From assembly GCA_002633005.1 (NCBI GenBank), contig NMRA01000417.1:262158-326157 (forward strand): 64,000 bases of DNA, written 5' to 3'. Of this stretch, positions 52,450 to 64,000 are shown one piece after another. The notes beneath the pieces were generated by a model, which saw nothing but the letters and a program-made list of their open reading frames with translations, made no database searches and was not told the DNA's origin. The translations under genes and the position numbers were made by a program. This stretch comes from Phoronis australis. Its lineage: Eukaryota > Animalia > Phoronida. Position 1 is the first letter of the stretch. The number at the start of each line of letters is the position of its first letter.

Positions 52450-55400
52450 TAAGATAACAGACGTTTCCACTTGTTGTCATGCACTATATGTTGTAGTCAT
52501 GTAACAGCGCCATCCAGTTAGGTTGCTCCTTAGCATATAAAAAGCTGGGCAAGACTCTACTGGTGTTTATGGGTTTCAACGTCAGTACCACACTCGGGAC
52601 ACACTGGGCTCCTCATATGCCCAATAATGTGTCTGTGTGGGGGTAGGTTACAGCGGCCCGTCAAAATTTGAATCGAGTGTCTTTTGTCCAATCTATCTAG
52701 ACTGAGGAGGGTATTTTGAACCTTTTGGTTTGATCACGTTGGGGAAATTCTCCTCGGTCTCTCTGCAGGAGTTAGGTGATGCCCACTTCTGACTTTGTAT
52801 GTACTCAATTGCGTGTACTCGTCCTGCAGCATCCGTAGGTTACAGGGATAGCAGCTTCAGGTACACAATGCAGAACGCTGCCTACTATCTTTGCGAGTCT
52901 GTCTGCATTCTCATTGCCGTCAATTCCCACATGGGCCATGACCCAGTGTATGGTGACGGTTCTTCCAATGGCAAGCTTTTTAAGCTCATTAATGCAGGCA
53001 TCAACACAACGAGAGTTGACCCTTGGTTTCTTTAGGGCTTTAATAGCGAATATGCAAATCTCAGTGCGCATGCTCCACACCAGTTCCTCTCTATTGCATT
53101 CTGAGATAGTATGTATGCCTAGCAACAGTGTGAGACTTTCTATACGGAAGAGATTATTATATTTAAGTACTAGTCCACGAGAGCACCAACCATGAGCGGC
53201 AAGGTGGGGGTCAGCCGATTTTTACCAAATTTGGCACATATGTAGTCCTATGGGATCTATAAACAGCGGTAAAATATTTCCTCAAAATATTGTGTTTTTC
53301 TAAAGTTATAGGTTCAAACACATTTTACGGTTTCGCAGCCATGTTTTCACGGTATAAAAACTGTCCAGTTTTAACTGTTCATATTTTTCCTTGAATGAAA
53401 GCTANAGTATGTATGCCTAGCAACAGTGTGAGACTTTCTATACGGAAGAGATTATTATATTTAACTGCCGTTTTCAACTAAAAAATATGTTTCAAATTAT
53501 CAGTATCTTATAAAAATTAAAATTTTAAAAATTTTTGCAAGCCAATACATGTGCTTCTGGCCCCAGTCTCCAATAATCTCGTACTCGGACTCGAATCATT
53601 CTCAAACTCGCACTTCATATTCAGTCACCGCACTTTATTGCCGCCAATTTTTAAAGTCCTTTGCACTACGATTCCTGGCAACTGGCTAATGCTATCCCAT
53701 GTCAATGACTCATTACAAGGGTCAAAAGCAGCTGTGAGGTGGAGATTGCTGTAATTGAAGTGCGTGTGCAACGGTTTGAACGGTTTTCTAAAGACGAGGA
53801 AAGTTAAAAAAAAAACAATTTGCTTCCCTGTCAGATTTCACATCATAGTTTAGTCATCAATAATTCCTCAATACACGAATGATATTCCAGATTTTGTTTG
53901 CCGATTTATGAGTAGACGTCTCGTCCCGTTCACTGATGAACTCTGAATGCCTGTGCATGTAATGTGCGCCAAATGTCAGCTAGCTTGATACATCCCGGGA
54001 AAACGCAAAGATACAGTGTCAAAGTTTTGACATCAGCGTAGGCCTACACGGCAATGGGTTCTATGCAAGAGAGAACAGGGGTTGACCAGTAACCAAACAA
54101 CTGCGGCCCAAAAATGTCGACTGGAGTTTCGGGCTGACGTGGACAACCCGTTTACTAGAGAAGAACACCATCACTGGCAATTAAGGTACAAACCTTTGAA
54201 ATTCGACCTCCCGAAAATGTAAAATTCGAACTCTCCCTTAAAAATGTTGGTTGCACTGAGGCCTGTGATATGGTACCCGACTCCCGTACCGGGGTCACCG
54301 GCCCACCACTGCAATAATGAAAAAGATAATTTCAATAGGCTGTCAATCGTTGGTGTGACCATGCCAATTTCAGTAGTAAATGAGTCAAGTGTAGGGGAGA
54401 ATGCTCCGCTGACTAAATCAAACACTGATATTTTGGCTGCTCCGCTTCGGCCAACTGACTTTCTTTGATAAGCTGTTTCAAATTTCTTGAGACATTTTCC
54501 GGCGGGAGATAAGGAACTCGAGAAGTAAAGCTTAATAATTGCTATGGTAGTCGATGCGAATATAGGGAGCGCTGAATCAGCGCAACTTTTCGTGGTTTTG
54601 CATTTCCGGGCCCCGGAGTCACAGTCGACGGAGGTGATGTGCGGCAACGGTGACTTCATTCATTTCCAAAAGATTTCTATAATAAAACACAGATGCTTCC
54701 TGCACTAGCTATTCGTTATTTTTTGATAAGAAATCAAATGAAATAACTTTATTGACCGCTTCTGTGCTAAACATTCGTTACAACAACACCCGGCAACACT
54801 GTACACAATCGGTCGTCAAGCGATAGAGGAATTCATTTCCCATAATGCAACTGCGGCAGCAAATTCAAATATGGCGGATTTGCACATTCGCTATTGCTGC
54901 TTGGCCATCTAAAAAAAAATTGGCAGTTGTCTGATTGCCCAGCTCGGTGTTGTATTGTAGTGTCAGTTCAGCAGTTCTCTTAATTGCAGTGATCTCAACC
55001 TGGAACACCGTGGCAAGATTGCCTAGCGATACCCTGCTTTCTGCATACGCAACAGAAAGGCTTGGAAGGAAAATAGATTCCAGCACCGGTCTGTCCATTT
55101 TACACAAACCATAATCATTCTTGTATTCTGTGGTAGGCCATCCATCACCAATGTCTGTGAAGAAATTGTTTGTATGATTTAAAGCTGTGATCTGGACATC
55201 AATAGGCATGTTCCATAGTTGTCCGGTTTTGGGTCAATTAGCTTATTGCACACGTGGCTTCTGTGTGCAACGGAATCAGGTATCTGAGTTTTCATTCACT
55301 GACCATATCCATTACCAGCAATTCGTAAACTAGGTCATCCGCCAGGTTCTCTGCGAAAACTAGGTCATCGCTTATGGACCAGTTAGCGCTTCACTCTTCG
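52450..55400 (-). mobile_element. RNase H-bearing LINE (I/R1/LOA-type) 3' fragment, split by an insertion
   Basis: N-half LGNLATVFQVEITAI...FLDGQAA (54894-55050); C-half IKALK...HWVMAHVGIDGNENADRLAK (52880-53043); knuckle CPECGTDVETHKH at ~52570-52610. Confidence 0.8.
53044..54893. mobile_element. Academ-like (TAG...CTA) TIR element inserted in the RNase H domain
   Basis: 17-bp TIR TAGCGAAT(A/G)TGCAAATC; excising it restores QAAIKALK in frame. Confidence 0.72.
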
Positions 55401-55970
55401 CGTGTCTACTGGAGAGAAGCACTCACCAGGAAGGTTGTTCTACATTTCGTAGCCCAAAATTACCAAAGTTCAAATATATTCCGTTGAAAAGGAAAGACAA
55501 AACATATTATTACAGATGTCTGGCCAATCATGAGTCACTACTCGTAAGCAAATCAAAGCTGTCCTCATTTACTCGTTGCCTTGTCTCGCACTACCCGTCA
55601 ATCGACTAGTTTTCACTGTTCGCAATGCAACAATACAATTCTCATAAATTCAACTTGTAATGACCCCTTTCAATTTTAAACCATGCCCGAAGTACCCGGA
55701 AACAAATTATTGTTAGGTACAACGATTTTTTTTTTCTCTGAAGTGGATCGTAAACACCTCAGGTGACTGAGTTTTCCGCACATAGCTACTTTGGCCTAGA
55801 GCTGAATTCTTAGCCCCCACTAACACTATGGGCCGGGCCGGTCAAGGGCTAATCCCTGTTGTACGCACTACTTAAGCATTGGAATCAAATTGTTATATAT
55901 AGAGAAAACGTTTATTAGTATACTGGTGTGAATATTAGTCAGTGATTTAACCAAAAACTTCGAATTAACT

Positions 55971-56930
55971 NNNNNNNNNNNNNNNNNNNNNNNNNNNNNN
56001 NNNNNNNNNNNNNNNNNNNNNNNNNNNNNNNNNNNNNNNNNNNNNNNNNNNNNNNNNNNNNNNNNNNNNNNNNNNNNNNNNNNNNNNNNNNNNNNNNNNN
56101 NNNNNNNNNNNNNNNNNNNNNNNNNNNNNNNNNNNNNNNNNNNNNNNNNNNNNNNNNNNNNNNNNNNNNNNNNNNNNNNNNNNNNNNNNNNNNNNNNNNN
56201 NNNNNNNNNNNNNNNNNNNNNNNNNNNNNNNNNNNNNNNNNNNNNNNNNNNNNNNNNNNNNNNNNNNNNNNNNNNNNNNNNNNNNNNNNNNNNNNNNNNN
56301 NNNNNNNNNNNNNNNNNNNNNNNNNNNNNNNNNNNNNNNNNNNNNNNNNNNNNNNNNNNNNNNNNNNNNNNNNNNNNNNNNNNNNNNNNNNNNNNNNNNN
56401 NNNNNNNNNNNNNNNNNNNNNNNNNNNNNNNNNNNNNNNNNNNNNNNNNNNNNNNNNNNNNNNNNNNNNNNNNNNNNNNNNNNNNNNNNNNNNNNNNNNN
56501 NNNNNNNNNNNNNNNNNNNNNNNNNNNNNNNNNNNNNNNNNNNNNNNNNNNNNNNNNNNNNNNNNNNNNNNNNNNNNNNNNNNNNNNNNNNNNNNNNNNN
56601 NNNNNNNNNNNNNNNNNNNNNNNNNNNNNNNNNNNNNNNNNNNNNNNNNNNNNNNNNNNNNNNNNNNNNNNNNNNNNNNNNNNNNNNNNNNNNNNNNNNN
56701 NNNNNNNNNNNNNNNNNNNNNNNNNNNNNNNNNNNNNNNNNNNNNNNNNNNNNNNNNNNNNNNNNNNNNNNNNNNNNNNNNNNNNNNNNNNNNNNNNNNN
56801 NNNNNNNNNNNNNNNNNNNNNNNNNNNNNNNNNNNNNNNNNNNNNNNNNNNNNNNNNNNNNNNNNNNNNNNNNNNNNNNNNNNNNNNNNNNNNNNNNNNN
56901 NNNNNNNNNNNNNNNNNNNNNNNNNNNNNT
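55971..56930. other. Assembly gap
   Basis: N run. Confidence 1.
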
Positions 56931-57004
56931 GTAGCCACACGATGAGTCCTTCATGGTGTTAACGTCCACGCCTTCAAAAAAGAGTAGTACAACTGCTGCA
57001 TGTC

Positions 57005-57370
57005 ACAACAGTGTATGTGTGTGGGTGTTGTGGAGCCTCGTTCAGGAACTAAGAAATCGACTTAGTATGACCACATGACAATAAAATACAGTGACACTAC
57101 AACAAAGCAAGACCTTTACCAGCCCTGTTATTGAAGCGTTGCATGCGTCAAGAGTTTTTTACCAATATAGTAAAACACAACACGAAGCATCGTGCTCAAG
57201 AACCAAGTCGATTCAGTGTCCTATCTGTGATCAACGTTTCACGTAAAGAGTAAGCCTGATGCGACACTGCGTCACAGCACAAGGACACTCCTTTTTGTGG
57301 TGAATGTGGCATGTCATGCAAACAGTATGCCTCCTTCTACAAGCATAGCAAGCAGAAACGACACAAATGA
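57005..57370 (+). pseudogene. Decayed C2H2 zinc-finger array, probably TE-derived
   Basis: YVCGCCGASFRN*, IQCPICDQRFT*RVSLMRH, CGECGMSCKQYASFYKHSKQKRH; stops and frameshifts. Confidence 0.5.
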
Positions 57371-60300
57371 AATCATTAAGTCCAGTGCTGAAGGTTATTA
57401 AGTCACTATAGTTGATTCAGATTTACAAAGTCTGTGGTTGGTAGTTGTCTGATGTGATAGTATTTTGACGTTTTGTTTTGAACCCTTTTTCTCAAGTTTC
57501 TTTCTATATTTGTGTTATTTCGAAAGGATCTTTAACAGAACCAGTACATTTTTGTAGTGTTTAGGTAGATTTAAGTGGCCATGATGGACAATACTTACAC
57601 ATGTACATACAAATGGTGTGGCCAATGAGTATTTTGAATGAAAATATATGTCTATGATTATTGTAGAAATTGCTTTCATATTGTAGTTGATTTCCTGTGA
57701 GAGACTGTTATACTATCAATCAGTCCTAAATACATTGTCTATGATTCAGTGATGATTTAGTCATTCCAAAAGTGATCCGTTGGAAATGTTCAATGGATTT
57801 GTTTTGTTGATTTCCCTTTAAATAAATTTATATATTTTTGTAAGACCAATTTTGAGGTATGTGTGTTAAAAGATTAATAATATAATACAAATACTATAAT
57901 ATTGTTGATATCCTGTGTAAATCACTACAGTGTGTAGTTGAAGTGACGTTAATGACAACATGTTGACTAGGTTTTGAGAAAATCACAATATAGCATGTGT
58001 ATTATAACTCTCAATCTTTTTCAATGTCACAAAACTCGAGATCATGAACTGATGATGCAGGTGAACTTAGGACCAATACTACAAAACAGAAGAGTCAAAC
58101 ACAACGTACATTCAAGCCACACGGTGCCACAAGTCAATCTGTTCATCTATGTATTGATGTTATCAATAAAACATCAAGTAAAATCTCACCCGTTTTATCA
58201 GCACACAAGTTTACGCAACATCTGGCCAATTTTTTGATCCCAGACGTTCATGAGTGAGAATCTTTGAATCATCTCGTGAAGTGTTGCCGCACTCCCCTCT
58301 CTCCCCATGGGCAAGCTCATCATCATTCTTTGACTTCACTGGCTACTTGTTTTTTTTCCTTTTGCTGTCACAATTTTACAAGAAGATTCTATACTTGCTT
58401 TCATCTCGGTGCTGCAACAATTTTTTTACCCTGGGTGACAGGCCACATGGAACAACTCCTGGGTGAGTCTTCAGTTTAGAAACCCTTGTTCTCAGTGGTT
58501 TGGTCTAAAAGTAGATGCCTGGCCTGTACTTTTCAAAACCCTGGTCGGGTGTACCTTCACGTCGTGGGTAACATGTTCGTTGAAGCTCACCTCACATTAA
58601 CAGTGAACTTGTTTCCTGAAATGAGAATAAATTCGTTCGTGAAACTAAAATTATGCTTGATGCACATGTAGTGCTCATTGCAATTTAATGGAAATATGCT
58701 GTTGTTATTGTTCAGTTTTGATACAAAAGTAACGCAGTAACGACACAAAATGTGATTAATTCATTGCACCGCACTTGTTTTGTAAACTTTTTCACGTTTT
58801 ATAAGTAAAAAGTTCATTACTGTTCGACACACCACAATGCGTTCCCAATCGCATAAACAAACACAAATTTGCGTTCCCGATCGCTTATTGTTGCGTTCTC
58901 GATAACATCTTTCAACAGAAAAGCGTCGAAAAATCAGAGATCCTGACAAAACTACAAAAAAAAAAGTTTTGCGTTATATTTTCACACGTCATTTCTTCAT
59001 AACTCCATGGTCAATTTATTGATTTAGTGCCAAAAATAACGGCAATTTGCCAAAATGATATTCAAATCACCTTCCTCTTAAGCGATGCCTCGGTCAACGT
59101 AACTTTTCTCCTGTAATTGGGAGAGACACTAGCCTAAACCTGCACTTCCTAAATGTGTTACGCCTTGAAGTCATGTCTCTGTTTTCACATTGGAAGTAAA
59201 AACAACGAAAATTCATCAAATTTACTCACCTTGCCTGGCTTCGCTTGTCGCGCCAAATTTCGTTCTCAATCGCGGGTTGGCCGGGGTGATTAAGGTTGTT
59301 GATAATTGTAATCTGTTTTAAACTGTTACCCATACTGACACAGTATAAAACATTATATACATAATCTTTGGAGACATTCTATAAGTTTTACCCACCGCAC
59401 GGCTACATCTCATTAGTGCAGCTTTAGGATTCGAGACTTTTTTCAATATACGGATTCTAGGAAAGACGATGGTGTAAAATGACACCTAGATAAGTCGCCT
59501 TGTCAAAAAGATCAAGATGTTTACCATTAAGCGTTAAAGACCGCAGTCACCAGTTTTAAAAGGTTCCAGGTGAACACAATCACCTTTTGCTACCACTATT
59601 ATCCTTTATTCATTTATTTGTACACATTGCCATCGGCCTAAAGTTATTTACTCGTCTTAATGGTTCATGAAACATCACTCAAACACTTGCCATGTTGATC
59701 TATTTTTGCGAATTATACTATCGTATTATAATATTAACATATCAAATCCGGAAATCTCTGAACTCGCGGATACTTTTCCTCTTCACCCATTGTGGTCTTG
59801 CGAGTTGTAAGATGAACGGTGAGTGTGGACATATTTGTGGTTCTAGGTCAATGGGATGAGCTTGACGCCACGGGGAAAATATGTGAACAGCAAGCGAAGA
59901 CTGTTTGTGTGTTTCCTTACTGTTGTTGAATAATTTTGATTTCTTTTCTGTGAAATCAACATTGCTCATATTTAACGTAATGCTGTGGAGTCTTGGAGTG
60001 CAAGTGGTTGGATGGATGTTTTGTAAACTTAAACATCCGGTTATTACAAATAATATTTCACACTGGCTACTGTTGATCACTTACTTATTATCAATGAAGA
60101 AATGAAGACAGACTTTGCACAAGTTCTACGCATATCAAATAAAATAATAACATAATTGCCCTCTAAATAAAACGCAATAAACAGCAGTATTGGCATGTAA
60201 CCCTTTAACTCTTTGTTTAAAACGCAACTAATGACAAACGAAACAAAATCTCAGCCTGAACCAAAGTACAAAAGAACGAAAGCCTAAAAGTGGACAATTA

Positions 60301-61168
60301 ATGTAATCTGCGTGAACTCGGTCACCTGCATCGTGGTTCACGTCGGTAAACCTCTAGAGTGTTTTTTGAAGTCTTTCTAGCCACACTTTCTACTTTGGGG
60401 TAAAATTAGTCCACAAAATCAGGCTAAGTCAGAAAATTTGTTTGCAACTCGCAGCCAAATGAAATGAATCCGTAGCCCACTCGGGAGCAGACTATAAGTC
60501 AACGCTAGAAGACAAAACTCAACTTTTGGCTAGTATAGTCTTCTAGAAACAAGCCCTTTGATGTGTTCCATAGACCAAGGTTCAAGCGAGAAAAGCAAGA
60601 TAACGTAAGTCCATGTAAAATTACGCCAGTGCTTCCTTGGTATACATGCTAGAGACCATAATTTAACTAAAATGTCGGCAACTTAACCAATTCTTCGGTC
60701 AAGTTGAAATGTTGAGTAAAAGAACTGAATTCGTGTTTTATGAGAAAACATCACTGTTACCATTCCATGAACGAATATTTCTCGCCACTGGGCCTTATCA
60801 AATGATGTCTTGCATCTGAAATCAGTATGAAAAGAAGACTTGTAAAGGAACGCCCACAAACTCTATACTTTTAACTGCAGCTACTTGTACATGGTTAGGA
60901 CGAGTTATTGGTAACTCACCAAGAACTTCATGAACATCTAAGACGTTAAACAATTGTTACAATTCAATACACGAGTAACTTTAATAATCAAAACGTGCCA
61001 CCGGCAGGTGATAACACTTTTCTGTACTGTGCGACTCGATAACCAAGGTCATGGGCGTCACGTGAACAGTCATGACCATTGACCTTGTATGCTTGACTAC
61101 TGTGACGAACTTAACAAAATATAGATACACCTTCCATTGCATATATTTTGTAAAATCCCATATTTTCT

Positions 61169-62036
61169 ACCAGAGCAACGCAAAGTGTTAAAAAGACGTC
61201 CACAATAACTGCACCGCGAATGCTATGTTTATAGGGACTTTCCTTAGTATCATAAAATGGCCGATAGACGCCGCTTAATATGTCGAAGCCTCCGACAACG
61301 AGAAGTCGTTTCCCTTACAGAAGGCCCTGTCAAATTTCCTAAAAACAACAAAAAGTTACCAATACGTGACGTAGGATATGTCGAAATGTGTTATCTCTAT
61401 TATACAAACCTATTTGCATTTTTTAAAAATATCTTAGGAAACAGACTTGCGGGACACAGCGGTAGTCAGATCACTCCAAACGTCGTCGTCATCAGTTCAC
61501 ACATTCACTGAAAACACTGGCTATACAGGGGGTGAGATACAGCCGAAAACGCAAACAATGGCCACTGGTATTCTGGCCCGTCCGAAAATCAATGTGTGCC
61601 GTAGTCTTCTCAGCAAAAAAACTTCTGCTAAATTTCAAAATGATCCTTTTAGTAATTTGACAGATAAAGAGACGGACGCCAAAAACGAACTCGAAAATAA
61701 AATGATAACCTAAAGGTGAGGAAGAATACATCATGTCTGACAAAAAGGGAAGGCATCGTCTTCTTAATGGAAAAGCGTTATCCACATTTACCTAAGAAAT
61801 AGAGGCAAACGGAAAAAACCCTAAAATTACAACTAGAGGTCGCAGCGGTAGCCAGTTCTGTCCGAAGCTCCTCATTTTCCGTTGCCAGCTTCGTAGGAGC
61901 ACATCTGCCCTATCTCATTAAAATCTTGCAAGGAGTGTAAGAGATACAGCAGCAGATGGAGAACTTCCGGACACTGGACATCCAGACAGCCAAGACGGCA
62001 ATATGCACTAACTTATGTATTTGTGTTAGCATGATA
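61169..62036 (+). mobile_element. Helentron-type element, copy 4 (highly diverged)
   Basis: CAGAGCAACGCAAAGTGTT start, GTATCATAAAATGGCC, GGAGATACAGC-like blocks, GGACA tail. Confidence 0.55.
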
Positions 62037-62398
62037 ATTCAACATGCGTAAAAGGGACCATAAAGGATGCACTGAATTACCCAATACGACGCACAGTTGG
62101 CAACTCGCATGAGATGCACATACATGTTATCAGAACTGACTCCTCTGCGTGACCGTTCCTAATTGCCCTTACAAAATTGGCTTTTATAAATTTACTCTCG
62201 TACTCGCTAAGCAAAATAACATGTGTTACAGAACAGCCAATAGAATGCAACAGGACATTGCTCTTGCATTTTGCAAATTGCAAATTGCTATTGAAACATT
62301 TTATAGAAATAATGTAACCGATCCCTGAATGTTCTGCTAGAATGAGGATGGGGCAGAGTCTAAACGCTGAAACTTCGTGATGCAATTCAAGATCACCA

Positions 62399-63648
62399 TT
62401 AGTATCGCTGGGACGGTCGCAATTCTACGCCGTTGTGTGGCGGCGGTGTATAAGGATTTCTCAAGTAGTTGTCGTATTGTTGCTTGATAGGCCTGCGACT
62501 CTGGTGGGAAGCCTCGGATGGTGGTGGTGCTGTTGTCCTTTCACGGCAGCAATTGTTGTTGGCGACACAGCAGCAACAGATGAGTATGGCAATGATGAGG
62601 TTTACGAGGAACAAAGCAGACAACACGCCAAAGACAATTAGCATGAGGCTTTCCGGTTGCTTACCATCGCACGTTTTGCCATTGCGATTTACAGTGAAGG
62701 CTTTGGCCTTTCTTCTGTTCTCTGAAACAGTACGGTGTATTTATAATACCCTTGTTCATTTGCCTGTAGACTCTGTAGACCCTAACTGAAAGCTATTGGT
62801 TACAATAAGAATAACACGGCACAAAGGTTAACGGTTGCAATTTTAGTCTTGTCAAAAATACAACATCTGCAGTGACGTAAACAATATAAGTGAAACTTAA
62901 ATGAGATGAAAATTTACAGACGTAAGGGAGTTGCATGATTTGATTCTTTTATTTATTTTATTTACTTTGAGTCACTGTCATCAGGAAAAAAGGATGAGGA
63001 AACCAGTAAGCATCTTCTGTAAATTGAAGTCTTCGTAATTGTGGTCGAGTACAGCCACGTGAGTAGAAATTATTGGTCAAATGTACACTTAGTACAAACC
63101 ATAGACATCATAATAGTATATAGTATTAAGATGTCTATGATATAAACACTTAAACACTTCAGGGGAGGAGGCATTGTGGCCTAGTGTGATAGATGCCCGC
63201 CTTTTTTACTCGAAGTCGTGGGTTCGAGTTCCTCTGGGCCAAACTGCTAGACCTTTGAGTCAGGTTTCTAGCTCCTCTGCTCGGTTTTAACTATATATTA
63301 ATAAAGCACAAAAATAGTTCCAGGTGATCAGTGCAATGGGTCCACATACGCGGCTTGCGCACGTCTGGTACAACGTGTGCCAGACCACCTGCAATTATCT
63401 TTTTAAAATACTTCAGTCTGTTCAAGATAGAATAACTCGTTCTCTGAACCACCCCCTGATAATGTCAACTCATCAGCAGCTGTACGCAGTAACTGTACAT
63501 TGTGGGCAGTAGACTCTCACAGCAGATCATTTAAGGAGTATACAACTTAGGTCGTACCCAGTTGTCTTTTGGAGAGCACTTCAATTGTAGTCCCCGTATT
63601 CGTGTTAGAGTTTGTCTGTCGTTTTTCCCGTGTATGTCCACAGGTAGC
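62399..63648 (-). CDS. 3' exons of a single-pass membrane protein, probably ZP-domain/cuticlin-like; the gene continues beyond the window
   Basis: Exon 63648-63558 (ATCGHTREKRQTNSNTNTGTTIEVLSKRQL, furin-like RxKR) is phase-compatible with exon 62721-62399 (ENRRKAKAF...LIVFGVLSALFLVNLIIAILICCCC...PPPHNGVELRPSQRY*). The ZP assignment is inferred from architecture only. Confidence 0.6.
63162..63290 (+). mobile_element. tRNA-derived SINE head (degenerate)
   Basis: Box A-like TGGCCTAGTG and box B-like GGTTCGAGTTC; no clean cloverleaf. Confidence 0.5.
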
Positions 63649-64000
63649 CTAGAATTAAGAAAATGTTGTCTACACAGAAGTTTCCATCTTTTACGGTTCT
63701 AATTACACTTTATCACATGAACTGTTATGTGTTGCGACACGACTGGGTGGTAACACCAAGTCCGTATTTTTTATATTACATGGGCGAATCACAAAGTAGT
63801 GCAACTTAGACATCCTCACGCCGTACATTTTATCGTCTGCAAAATACTAAAACTACCAAATGCGCGCCAACCAAACAATGCTGGAATTCCGACAAGGTGA
63901 CAAGATTATAATTGACAAATTGGGTGTCCCAACTGTACATACTCCCAGTCGGACGGACACACAAACAACTTCTTAAACGGACTCATCTTCGGCGGCGAAT

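Noticed and set aside
55868-56969. Three ~340-aa ORFs in the ORF track
   Set aside because: Artefacts of translating an N gap
63000-63075. Possible extra exon (STHVAVLDHNYEDF) of the membrane protein gene
   Set aside because: No in-frame AG acceptor before an upstream stop, and the flanking exons already join in phase
63162-63240. tRNA gene
   Set aside because: A/B boxes are present but no consistent acceptor or anticodon stems, and there is an internal T-run; better explained as a SINE head

Overview
Draft genomic scaffold from an AT-rich, intron-rich bilaterian invertebrate, probably marine; it has two N gaps and three single-N joins. Three host genes can be reconstructed by hand from GT-AG junctions with consistent phases. 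(1) A complete ZNF143/ZNF76 (Staf) ortholog on the minus strand (CDS 22735->7844, 12-13 coding exons, 7 C2H2 fingers). (2) A complete 5-exon classical short-chain dehydrogenase/reductase on the plus strand (32687-51863, 290 aa) with PRK08265-like motifs. (3) The last two exons of a probable ZP-domain-type single-pass membrane protein on the minus strand (63648->62399). The rest is dense with decayed mobile DNA: CR1/L2, L1/Tx1 and RNase H-bearing LINEs, Penelope, Gypsy, a DD37D Tc1/mariner, 5-bp-TSD hAT, Harbinger/Kolobok/Academ-like elements and Helentron-type (HINE-like) repeats. The most striking observation is about 19-20 same-orientation CTCF-like motifs in ~2.3 kb of one ZNF143 intron, contributed by a Helentron-type element whose ~150-bp core has expanded into a higher-order array and by an unrelated adjacent minisatellite. 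Other notable items are exon-junction duplications in ZNF143, a 447-bp hairpin MITE next to a splice acceptor, and two head-to-head CR1 copies. All family assignments come from motif recognition by eye; no database searches were run.
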